Of a DNA stretch of 57,229 nt, positions 26,701 to 34,614 are shown piece by piece. The notes under the pieces were generated by a model, which saw only the letters and a list, made by a program, of their open reading frames with translations, did not search any database and had not been told where the DNA came from. Every line of letters starts with the position of its first letter. Position 1 is the first letter of the stretch. The stretch is from a virus (taxonomy: Duplodnaviria; Caudoviricetes), in the IMG/VR virus record IMGVR_UViG_3300017783_000023, positions 1 to 57,229 of that record, one strand, 5' to 3'. The translations under genes were made by a program, and so were the position numbers.

Positions 26701-27097
26701 AACTGCGAAAGAACGCGAGCAGGAAAAGGCAAAGGACGAGGATGGAGAGAAAGAAGATCCTATTGCAGCATTCAAAAAGAGTCTTACGAAAATTGGCGAA
26801 GATTTTGCCAAAGTTAAGGCAATGCCTGCCAGTTCTGCTGCTTCTACTGGTGCTAAAATAGATGAAAGTAAGCAGAAGGAATCTACTGATAGAAACGCAA
26901 AATTAGAGGCAATGGTAAGTGAGAGAGATGTCTCGATGGCACCAATCATAAAGGAAAGTCAAGCGTCTCCTGTAGGTGGAGGTGATACAACTCCTGTGCT
27001 TATACCTAATTATGGGGGCAATGATGCTGATGATTGGTTACTACCGAAATTCGGTCTCGTTTCAGAATTTAGTCAAGATCTAGTAGACTTCATGTAA
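23777..27097 (+). CDS. second tape-measure-like tail protein
   Basis: 1106 aa; coiled coil, Gly/Ala TM-like helices, repeated (A/S)xGG motifs; TATAAATA at 23710-23717. Confidence 0.65.
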   Translation: MANTPTVNVTRAKLYKMVSFKGTTKGGKTKYTALTVANEFGDYVESQNEGFSAVIRGINSLGASINGISLQVQEMANAMKSKISSGIAAEALLDKAKQKEKQAENQRKKIEEAALKRKEAKEKRGEKEDNSEKKEGKEKQSVAKTFRENTKKAFGGLFSGLVKIAGMLFKLFIAFGVLDWVSKNPDKVEKIAKGLFSLGKFFFNIAGFLAGNALDGLISFLENPISLKGFLGAVQFVLAAAPIFIGLAFLKNPLATAKAVGWVVSSLAKGILNIKAAALFGDKIKKFAGTKLGKVAFAGGAGIASFAASKASGADTGEALSAGVGGAAGFAAGAALGEATGIPGAGAIAGAAGAFVGSKAGGAIGGFMKPIFDPIGRFFNMVGKVFNDVLAPIKDSLSEFFEALGSVMNGVLDVVEPHLPLITNILGVGLKVMFAPLWLGIKALTTVLRFFAPKESDTPEKKDDAPGKSAGGKVRTSARGSRGRAAGGPVRSPKRVTPKMASGGSFNLQGEMQKQLQRTVKVSKAFGSLMLLPFKAMGIGILTAIGMIGKVFGRFIPAPMKTLMGAMIAPLANIFGIPMSVVGGSGGGEDVATEDKKDPAKLGKKMSWEDKIFEAIAGDDGTIALFGKLFEAITNHPIFKGVSAVASGFLGFLGFSEGGQVPQPFPSHGRSPGRASGGWISGPQSGYPVSLDGGASTSFIGHGTEWVGMKGFAGGGAFVVPFDTPATKQNPNLTSKRMGEASAGGYAMPFSVGGPVNQPIHHSFSVPRPFSVGGPVTSISNAVYLPKFSEGGELKPTGKFDPEEYAKNSFQANRVVLNDKSYYTTYAYDDKTKEVAIKSMSKRTKAANLFGQGEERVPIQPGSPEFESVMKSGGLKLDIQERHGKRGLQGEKSLANITKINVHPEAERAFYYRKSFKDHKAEWLKKGVSEDKANQLAASAAATGVQIDPKKKQSVKAGVEDNPYSAPASMENNVVTAKEREQEKAKDEDGEKEDPIAAFKKSLTKIGEDFAKVKAMPASSAASTGAKIDESKQKESTDRNAKLEAMVSERDVSMAPIIKESQASPVGGGDTTPVLIPNYGGNDADDWLLPKFGLVSEFSQDLVDFM
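26021..26103 (+). repeat. in-frame 23-bp direct repeat, 60-nt period
   Basis: ccattcagtgtaggtggacctgt at 26021-26043 and 26081-26103. Confidence 0.85.
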
Positions 27098-28470
27098 TGG
27101 CAAATCAACAATCAAGACAATTTAAACTCAAGAAGATCGAAGTTACTTCGATGGTAGAGGAGGAGAAAACTTTCGACATTCGAGATGTTGTGCTGGATTT
27201 TAGTTACAGGGAATCTATTGAAGCAGCATTTACTAGCGTAGAATTGACTATTGCTGACTCAGTTGACTTCAACTTGCAATTAACTGGTGGCGAAACAGTT
27301 AAGATTGATCTAGAGACCAACTCATCGAAAGATGGTGCGTTGAAGATGAAATTTAGAATCTATAAGATTGGTAAGATTATTAAATCTGAGAGAGGACAGA
27401 TCTACATTCTGTATTGCTGCTCTCCAGAGATGTATAATAATGAGATCAATAAGGTATTCAAAGCATTTGGTGCCATCTCTGAGGGATCTTCAAAAGATGC
27501 TGAAAACATTCCAAAATATATCTGTAAGAAATACTTAAAGGCAAAAAATAATAGACTTGACGAGAAGAATTTTGAGGGTCATTCAAATCTTACTTTCGTA
27601 TCACCAAATTGGCGTCCTGCTGATGCAATAGCATATGTCAGTGACAAGGTAACCAGACTGAGTAGCGGTAAGGGATCGGCAAAACAATCTGGATTTCTAT
27701 TCTATGAGAATAGGAGAGGGTTTCAATTTCGATCTATTGATGGGTTATGTGAGCAAGGATTTGATATAACATTTACTTATAAGCAGCAAGGTCAACTGGG
27801 TGAGGATGATGACGGTTACTATGTTATTGAATCTATTCAGTATCCAGACAAAGCAAACCATCTCAGACATATGAGAATGGGCACTTATAAGACAGTTACT
27901 ACTGGTATCTCATTAGCAGTGCCTACCGATAATAATGTAACTGACTCTGGTGGTGGTAATAATAAGAAGAAATCACCCTCAGGCACGATATATCCTGCCA
28001 GGGAGACTGCTTTCGATGCTATCTTTGGTAGAGCAACCCCTCTTGAAAAGAACCCTCCATTTAACATGCCTGAAGAAGTTGAGGGGGAGGGAGCACCACC
28101 AACTAGACAGAAGATGAGAGTGCTCCACACGCTAAAAAACGAGCAAAAAGCAGAAGGTGGTACGAATGCAACAGGAAATCCTAACAATGGGACCGATCCT
28201 TTTGATAATTTGGCAGTTGCAGAATATGCAGCGGCTAGATATAATTTAATGAAAGCAATTCAGTTACAAATTATTGTCCCTGGAAATACTGGTATTTGTG
28301 CTGGTGATGTTGTAAACCTCATCATACCTGCTTCTCAGGAAAAAGGTAAAAATGTCCAGAAAGACAAAAAGTTTAGCGGTAAGTATATAATTGCTGCTCA
28401 CACTTTTGTCTATAGTAAAAATGGATGTAATTCAGAATTGCTTTTAATCAGAGACAGTCTACCAAAGTAA
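27097..28470 (+). CDS. baseplate hub protein (gp27-like)
   Basis: YRESI...LTIADS, SPNWRP, FLFYENRRGFQFRSID, IIVPGN..ICAGDVV, SGKYII; lies between tape-measure genes and gp5. Confidence 0.65.
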   Translation: MANQQSRQFKLKKIEVTSMVEEEKTFDIRDVVLDFSYRESIEAAFTSVELTIADSVDFNLQLTGGETVKIDLETNSSKDGALKMKFRIYKIGKIIKSERGQIYILYCCSPEMYNNEINKVFKAFGAISEGSSKDAENIPKYICKKYLKAKNNRLDEKNFEGHSNLTFVSPNWRPADAIAYVSDKVTRLSSGKGSAKQSGFLFYENRRGFQFRSIDGLCEQGFDITFTYKQQGQLGEDDDGYYVIESIQYPDKANHLRHMRMGTYKTVTTGISLAVPTDNNVTDSGGGNNKKKSPSGTIYPARETAFDAIFGRATPLEKNPPFNMPEEVEGEGAPPTRQKMRVLHTLKNEQKAEGGTNATGNPNNGTDPFDNLAVAEYAAARYNLMKAIQLQIIVPGNTGICAGDVVNLIIPASQEKGKNVQKDKKFSGKYIIAAHTFVYSKNGCNSELLLIRDSLPK

Positions 28471-28477
28471 AAACCAA

Positions 28478-28705
28478 ATGGAAAGTATCGAGCAACACAT
28501 CGCCAAGGACAAAGAAATCCTTGACAATCCTATGATTTCACCCAATCAACGTCGCCACATTGAAGGTGAGTTGCATGAATTAGAAGATTATGCAGAGCAT
28601 CATAAGGAAGAGATTGAAGCAGGTGATCATCACGATCCTAGTTACATAGAACTCTTCTGTGATCAAAATCCTTCAGAACCAGAGTGTTTAGTTTACGAAG
28701 ATTGA
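28478..28705 (+). CDS. cp12: CP12 Calvin-cycle inhibitor (AMG)
   Basis: C-terminal ELFCDQNPSEPECLVYED. Confidence 0.92.
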   Translation: MESIEQHIAKDKEILDNPMISPNQRRHIEGELHELEDYAEHHKEEIEAGDHHDPSYIELFCDQNPSEPECLVYED

Positions 28706-28730
28706 CAGATCAACAAATAATTATTATAAT
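28702..28730 (+). promoter_or_regulatory. consensus sigma70 promoter for cpeT
   Basis: TTGACA(28702-28707)-N17-TATAAT(28725-28730). Confidence 0.8.
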
Positions 28731-28755
28731 AACCATGTAAGGGTTGAAGGTTAAT

Positions 28756-29217
28756 ATGAATAACTTTGAGAGCTTAATTGAGGGACATTATCGAAATCAA
28801 CGTCAAGCAATGTCTAACCCCTCTCAATGGCCTCAGATAGACATCAGGATCTGGAAAACGGATTCTGGTGTTTTTGAGTCTAAGTCCTGGTACAAGTATC
28901 AGGGTGAGGAGAAAGCATACAATTGGTTGAGATATCGTGTCATGTATATGGACGAAACCACAGTTAAGACTGATATCTTCAATTACATTAAGAATGAAGA
29001 TTCCTGTCCCTTTATATGGACATGGGATGGTAAATGGTGGACAGGTATACCTGATGGATGGTGCCAAGTAGATAAGTATCTTATCAAATCTTGTATTAGA
29101 TTTAATGGATTAGATTACAGATCCCTGGACCAGGGGTGGAATACTGAGACAAATGAGCAAGCATGGGGTAAACCTGAGGAAGAGGGTGAATTCCAATTCA
29201 CATTACTCGCTAAATAA
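28756..29217 (+). CDS. cpeT: T-type phycobiliprotein lyase (AMG)
   Basis: GHYRNQRQAMSNPSQWPQI, SKSWY, DQGW...QAWG...FQF. Confidence 0.8.
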   Translation: MNNFESLIEGHYRNQRQAMSNPSQWPQIDIRIWKTDSGVFESKSWYKYQGEEKAYNWLRYRVMYMDETTVKTDIFNYIKNEDSCPFIWTWDGKWWTGIPDGWCQVDKYLIKSCIRFNGLDYRSLDQGWNTETNEQAWGKPEEEGEFQFTLLAK

Positions 29218-29242
29218 TCACACAAGATAATTATTTTTCCCC

Positions 29243-31981
29243 ATGAGAGAGAGGACTGACTACCTAGGAAGAGACGGATACACTTGGTGGGTTGGTGAGG
29301 TTGAGGACAATGCTGACCCTTCAAAACTCGGACGTGTAAAGGTAAGAATTCTAGGTTGGTATACTGGACATAAGAAAAAGCAGGCATATACTAAAGAATT
29401 GCCTACTGAAGTATTGCCATGGGCAAGTGTATTGCTCCCTACTGATCAACCTCAAATTAAAGCAACAGGTACAACCACACAGTTGCAACCTGGTGCATGG
29501 GTGATGGGATTTTTCCTAGATGGTGATGAGGCACAAATGCCTGTCGTCATGGGAGCATTCCGTGGATTCCAAGTAAAGGAAGATACTGAGAAGAAAACCA
29601 CTGCTGCTGATGGCACTGTTGCTCTTGAAAAAGATACTGTCAGTCCACAGAAACAGACTCTTGCAGGTCAAGAGAATAATGCTGGCAACTCATTTGTTAT
29701 CCGTCAACAAACTACACCTACAGCAGTAGGATCTACTGAGATTGATGAGTCTCGTGGTGCTATCTCAGTAGCAGAAGAGACACTGCCAGGTAATGCTGTT
29801 ACTAATCCAATCAAACCTCCTACAGAGAAGCAATCGGTTGCTGATGGTGTGAGTGGATCTGGTGGTGGTGGTTTTGAGACCGATGTCACTCGTATGCTCA
29901 CAGAGTTGGGCACCATGGCAGCGACTCTTGCTAGTGGTCCTGGTGGATTCATCTCCCTTGTAACGGGTAAGAAGGTTGCAGGCGATAAGGTGATGGAGCA
30001 CATGGGTAAGATCATGAGTTTCCTTGCTGGTGGTATATCTGGCATTCTTGCACCAATTAAAGAAGTCCTTGCTGCAGCAATTGCTGAGGTTGTTGGCGCA
30101 CTGGTTGCAATTATCTCCAGTTTTGTGCCTCTAATTGTGATCACTACGATCCTGAAATTTCTTGAGATGATCTTTGGTATCTTCTGCATGGATACTCCAA
30201 TGTGGTTGGGGTTAGTGCAGGCAGCAATATCGGATGTCAGTGCGTTCGCAAATAATATTGCAACGCAAATTGTAGATAAGATTGCAGACAAACTTAAGAA
30301 GGTTGATTCTGCTGTTAAGGGCGTCACCAATCGCATCCTTGAAGGTATCAGCACGACAATGAATCGTGTGAAGGATATCGCAGGAGATATTATTAGTGCC
30401 ATTACTACTGCTAGAGGTGTTGCTGCTGCAGCAGGTGCAGCAAGTGGTGTTGTGGATATGATTTTCAAGATCGATTTTACTTCTCTTAATTGGTCAGGAC
30501 TGATCGCATTGATCTTTGGTATCCTTCAGGCATTCTTCCAGAAAGATTGTGGGAGGAAAATTAAGAAACCAGAGGTTGCAGCGTGGTTCCCGCTTATAGG
30601 AACCACAACATGTAGTAACATCACTGATGCTGTACAGGGGTCACCATATAAAAACTATAAAGGTGGTCTTGATTCGGGAGAGAAGGCTGGAAGTTACATC
30701 GATCAGATGTTTGCTGTAGTTGACTCTGACTTAGCACAAGTCACTGTTGCATTGAATGGTGCCAAAGAAATCTTTGATGCCACTCCTGGTGTCGAGAAAC
30801 AAATTAAGCAGGGTCCTGGTGGTGTTACTAACTTCCAAGATGGTTGGGGTAATGAGCACAATAATATCCCTAACAATACTACTAAGATTGTTGGTGGCGA
30901 TAAGTGTGAGACTATTAAAGGTAACTATGTCTTGACAGTTGAAGGTGACTTCTATCTGAAGGTCATGGGTAACATGCACGAAGAGGTTACTGGAGCAAAG
31001 AATAGTAATCAAGCACAAGGACCACAAGCAGCAGGTAAAGGATCAAGTAAATCACCTGATGCAACTCAAGCAAAGAGTGATCTCAATTTCCAGTCAAAGG
31101 CAGTGAAGAATCAGTATTCTAAAGGCAACAATTCTACTTCTTTAACTAACATCAAGGACCAAGGCAAAGATGCTACTGCTGCATACAATGCATCGCAGAA
31201 TGCTAAGGACAATAAGAAGAATAACATGGTAAACATGGTCCATATTCAACAGACTGAAAGAGATCAATTCTTCAAGGCATTGCCTGGTGGTCACTTCTAT
31301 CCTGTTGCTGAGATTCCTTTCCACCCAGAATCTGACCAGTTTGGACGCACTCCATGGGGTCCACAATTGTCAGGTGAGTTGAAGGAAGAGAAAGAGCAGA
31401 AGGGTGCTAGTAGGACAGAAGGTGACCATGAGATTGCATATACTGGAGATGTTACTATTCAGGGTGCAAAAGTTAAGATCACTGGAATTAACTCGCTATC
31501 ATTAAACGCTCAGACTATCAAGACTGAGGCAAATACTATTGAAAACATTGCCTCTGGTGAGATTACTAATGAAGCAAACTGGATCTCTTCTTTCCTTAAC
31601 AGTGGAAGATTTGAAATCATTGCTGTATTTAATCCACTCAAAGCATTGTCTGGTCAATTCACCTTTGTGAATGGTGCTATCATTGATATTACATCAGATG
31701 TGCCTATTCCTGGAGTGGCACCACCAACTCAGACTAGAATTTGCCTGGGTACTTCCATGCCTGCATCGATGAATGATATCTTGATGGGATCCACATCTGC
31801 TGTCCACTCCACATTCATCGCATCACCTACTGGTGTGATTGCTGAGTTTGTGCCCACTGGTGCCCTGCTGAATCAGGTTGCAACAGGCATGATTCACACG
31901 GGTGTTGGCACAGGGTATATGGCAACTGGTTGCGGTCTAGGACCCCATCAGGTCTACGGCTTGCCATTGCTGCTGAATTGA
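29243..31981 (+). CDS. gp5: baseplate hub/central spike gp5
   Basis: WWVGEVED..DP..LGRVKVRILG, LPWA, GAWVMGFFLDG..AQ.PVVMG OB fold; VGGDK..IKGNY.LTVEGD beta-helix repeats; CTAAATA at 29210. Confidence 0.88.
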   Translation: MRERTDYLGRDGYTWWVGEVEDNADPSKLGRVKVRILGWYTGHKKKQAYTKELPTEVLPWASVLLPTDQPQIKATGTTTQLQPGAWVMGFFLDGDEAQMPVVMGAFRGFQVKEDTEKKTTAADGTVALEKDTVSPQKQTLAGQENNAGNSFVIRQQTTPTAVGSTEIDESRGAISVAEETLPGNAVTNPIKPPTEKQSVADGVSGSGGGGFETDVTRMLTELGTMAATLASGPGGFISLVTGKKVAGDKVMEHMGKIMSFLAGGISGILAPIKEVLAAAIAEVVGALVAIISSFVPLIVITTILKFLEMIFGIFCMDTPMWLGLVQAAISDVSAFANNIATQIVDKIADKLKKVDSAVKGVTNRILEGISTTMNRVKDIAGDIISAITTARGVAAAAGAASGVVDMIFKIDFTSLNWSGLIALIFGILQAFFQKDCGRKIKKPEVAAWFPLIGTTTCSNITDAVQGSPYKNYKGGLDSGEKAGSYIDQMFAVVDSDLAQVTVALNGAKEIFDATPGVEKQIKQGPGGVTNFQDGWGNEHNNIPNNTTKIVGGDKCETIKGNYVLTVEGDFYLKVMGNMHEEVTGAKNSNQAQGPQAAGKGSSKSPDATQAKSDLNFQSKAVKNQYSKGNNSTSLTNIKDQGKDATAAYNASQNAKDNKKNNMVNMVHIQQTERDQFFKALPGGHFYPVAEIPFHPESDQFGRTPWGPQLSGELKEEKEQKGASRTEGDHEIAYTGDVTIQGAKVKITGINSLSLNAQTIKTEANTIENIASGEITNEANWISSFLNSGRFEIIAVFNPLKALSGQFTFVNGAIIDITSDVPIPGVAPPTQTRICLGTSMPASMNDILMGSTSAVHSTFIASPTGVIAEFVPTGALLNQVATGMIHTGVGTGYMATGCGLGPHQVYGLPLLLN

Positions 31982-31989
31982 GGTAGAAT
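31961..31989 (+). promoter_or_regulatory. sigma70-type promoter
   Basis: TTGCCA(31961-31966)-N17-TAGAAT(31984-31989). Confidence 0.55.
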
Positions 31990-32012
31990 ACGGGGGCACC
32001 AATCATGCCTCC

Positions 32013-32204
32013 ATGCAAAACGAGACCTACCTTGAGCACATCTGGGTCAACATCCCCACGCGCACTGTCAAAATCCTCGATAGTGAGGGATATGACGAGG
32101 TGATCAATTGGAAATTCGATGAAGAAGGATCTGAAGGGTTTGCTGAAACTCTTGCTACCTTCTCTGAAAACGTCCCATCAGAAATTATTACATACCTATC
32201 ATGA
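32013..32204 (+). CDS. hypothetical cyanophage protein
   Basis: 63-aa ORF after gp5. Confidence 0.7.
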   Translation: MQNETYLEHIWVNIPTRTVKILDSEGYDEVINWKFDEEGSEGFAETLATFSENVPSEIITYLS

Positions 32205-32449
32205 GTCAAATCATCACACTTGACGTTGCAGAAGTTTCAGAAAACTTTGAATTCGTAATGAATCTAGTATCCAAAGGACACACAATTAAGATCCAATCTG
32301 CAAATGGTGTAGCAATGTTAACTCCATTGGTTACTGCAACACGAGGGTCGGAAATAAATATTCCAGACCCTGAAGAGTTTGTGCCTGACCCAGCAATGGT
32401 AAATGCATATGTTTCAGAGCAGTTAGCAGACATGACTAGGAATTTCTAG
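32201..32449 (+). CDS. hypothetical protein
   Basis: 82-aa ORF, ATGA overlap. Confidence 0.7.
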   Translation: MSQIITLDVAEVSENFEFVMNLVSKGHTIKIQSANGVAMLTPLVTATRGSEINIPDPEEFVPDPAMVNAYVSEQLADMTRNF

Positions 32450-32722
32450 ATGCAAAAGATTCGGATAACAAATGGTTTTCATCACCTAGAGAATGCAGGC
32501 ATAGTCCAAATGTATTTTATACAGGGGATGCCATTTACGTTTGAAGAATTGCCCCTTGGTGCCCAACAAATTGAAGAAGTAAAACTTGACGCAGACACCG
32601 CAAAGGTGTATACTATGGAAGATCTATTCAAAGCAAGTGACTACCTAGTCCTTGAAGGATGCCATCCAATTTTGTATGATCTCTCCGAATGGATTGAAAA
32701 CTATGAAGAAGTCCCAGACTAA
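32450..32722 (+). CDS. conserved cyanophage hypothetical protein
   Basis: MYFIQGMPFTFEEL...YLVLEGCHP. Confidence 0.75.
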   Translation: MQKIRITNGFHHLENAGIVQMYFIQGMPFTFEELPLGAQQIEEVKLDADTAKVYTMEDLFKASDYLVLEGCHPILYDLSEWIENYEEVPD

Positions 32723-32912
32723 TCCATACCATTTCGGAGGACTTGAAAGGTGTCCCCCTAACATACTGAGATTAATTAGTGAGTTAGAGGGATCCTATCA
32801 ACTTTGTAAGTATATGGGTTTTGAAGAGGATATGAAAATCCTTGATGAAATGAAAAAACCCTACTATAAACTCTATTTTAAGACTAAAAAAGAGTACGAT
32901 AATCCTTCTTAG
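32703..32912 (+). CDS. hypothetical cyanophage protein
   Basis: FGGLER...LRLISELEGS...YMGFEEDM; likely start ATG 32703. Confidence 0.7.
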   Translation: MKKSQTNPYHFGGLERCPPNILRLISELEGSYQLCKYMGFEEDMKILDEMKKPYYKLYFKTKKEYDNPS

Positions 32913-32974
32913 CTCAGCGGTAGAGCGAGCGACTGTTAATCGCTTGGTCCCTGGTTCGAATCCAGGAGAGGGAG
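32903..32974 (+). tRNA. trnN: tRNA-Asn (GTT)
   Basis: Acceptor tccttct/agaggga, D arm gctc-agcggta-gagc, anticodon arm agcga-ctGTTaa-tcgct, T arm cctgg-ttcgaat-ccagg; no encoded CCA. Confidence 0.95.
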
Positions 32975-32991
32975 TTGGTCACTAAATTATT

Positions 32992-33132
32992 ATGCCAAAA
33001 AAACAACTAATCAGCAAATCAGGCGACACATGGGAATGGGAGGAGACTCCTGAAACTGTGAAAGCACTCAAAGACCTGCATATCTCCGCTTTAAGAGTAA
33101 ATGAGACCAAGAGTAAAAAGACAAGAGGTTGA
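32992..33132 (+). CDS. 46-aa hypothetical protein, not in ORF track
   Basis: MPKKQLISKSGDTWEWEETPETVKALKDL... Confidence 0.5.
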   Translation: MPKKQLISKSGDTWEWEETPETVKALKDLHISALRVNETKSKKTRG

Positions 33133-33586
33133 TGTCTCAGGTATTACTTGGGAAGACATCTTAAAAAAATTAGCATATGATGTCCAGACAGGAACATTTA
33201 CTCAAATTTCTCATCACATTGAGTCTGATGATGTACTGAATGAAAATGATGAGATAGTATTGACCAAAAATGCCCCTCCCACTATCATATGTGAAGGGCA
33301 TAAGTCACCTTTTGTTTTCAATAAAATTATCACAGCAATGAAAAAACTGGGTATGAGCGAGTATCATACTTACATTTCATTTTGTGAGGACGCTCCTACC
33401 TTTGGGAGGCATAACGATGACTCTGATGTAATGATTGTCCCAGTAATTGGGACAGTAAGTTATGATGTTGAGGGGTTGGGATTAGGGAATGTGGATTTAT
33501 ATCCAGGGGACCTATTATACATACCTAAGTATTGCTACCATGCCCCTAGAGTGTATGGACCAAGAGCAACTCTCAGTTTTTCATGA
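33101..33586 (+). CDS. JmjC/cupin-type oxygenase
   Basis: FGRHNDDSDV (HxD), PGDLLYIPKYCYH, R.TLSF. Confidence 0.8.
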   Translation: MRPRVKRQEVDVSGITWEDILKKLAYDVQTGTFTQISHHIESDDVLNENDEIVLTKNAPPTIICEGHKSPFVFNKIITAMKKLGMSEYHTYISFCEDAPTFGRHNDDSDVMIVPVIGTVSYDVEGLGLGNVDLYPGDLLYIPKYCYHAPRVYGPRATLSFS

Positions 33587-33595
33587 GAATTTAGT

Positions 33596-33925
33596 ATGCA
33601 TGACACCATATATTGTAGTTACGATCTTGGATCTGGGTTTTGGAATAAAACACTCAGCACTGAAGACTTACAAAAATTGTGTCTAACATACTGGTTAGAT
33701 CCTGCAGGTAAGTTTTGGGAAATTGACTACACTGATACCCAAGACTTTTGTAGAGATGATCCTAGAGGATACGTTAAGAATGGGTTGCATGGTAAGGTGA
33801 GACCGTGTATACTAACAAAGGTAATTGAAGTATCACCTTTAAAGTGGGATGTGAAATATGCTCCTTTCCCACGTCTATCGCTTCAAATATCGAATGGTTA
33901 CCTAACAAGCATTGACACATTATGA
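33596..33925 (+). CDS. hypothetical cyanophage protein
   Basis: 109-aa ORF, YWLDPAG motif. Confidence 0.7.
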   Translation: MHDTIYCSYDLGSGFWNKTLSTEDLQKLCLTYWLDPAGKFWEIDYTDTQDFCRDDPRGYVKNGLHGKVRPCILTKVIEVSPLKWDVKYAPFPRLSLQISNGYLTSIDTL

Positions 33926-34587
33926 AACTCAAACTACTCGCAGCAATCGTTGCTGCTGCATCATTAGTATTGCCTGTTAAAGCAGATCCAATTGGACCAG
34001 AAGATTGGTTTACTCCCCATGCTATGGGATGTATGCTCCTGGGTGAATGCACTGATGATGTAGAACCTATCTGGGGTGTTGATTACCTGGCACAGGAATA
34101 TCCTGAATCCGACTGGAATGTAATTGCAGAGGAGTTTCAACGTATTTTGAATGCTCTGACTATGGTTGATGTGCAAGTCTATCTTGCTGATGAAAAGTAT
34201 TTTGAAGTAGGACAACGTGGTGTCTATCACACTGTAAGTAATAACTTCTATCTCAACCGAGCATACATGCATCGTCCTGGTGTGTTGATGAGTGTTATGC
34301 GTCATGAAGGATGGCACGCTGCTCAGGATTGCATGGCAGGCACACTCAATAATAGTATGATTGCTATCATCAAACCCGAAGAAGAAGTGCCAATGATGTG
34401 GCGTGAAATGGTGGAGCGCACCTATCCTAAGTCAGCATGGCCCTGGGAGAAGGAAGCAACCTGGGCAGGTAAGACAGAAGGAATGACCATGAGAGCACTA
34501 GAAGCGTGTGAGCGTGGTCGTATGTGGGAGGTTTATCCCCCAACCCCCATGACTAATGAATGGTTGGTTGAAAATGGTTATAAATAA
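33922..34587 (+). CDS. secreted protein with zincin-like HExxH motif
   Basis: Signal peptide; VMRHEGWHAAQDC...WEKEA. Confidence 0.75.
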   Translation: MKLKLLAAIVAAASLVLPVKADPIGPEDWFTPHAMGCMLLGECTDDVEPIWGVDYLAQEYPESDWNVIAEEFQRILNALTMVDVQVYLADEKYFEVGQRGVYHTVSNNFYLNRAYMHRPGVLMSVMRHEGWHAAQDCMAGTLNNSMIAIIKPEEEVPMMWREMVERTYPKSAWPWEKEATWAGKTEGMTMRALEACERGRMWEVYPPTPMTNEWLVENGYK

Positions 34588-34614
34588 AACTGTAGCAAAT
34601 CGTGTTGAGATTTC

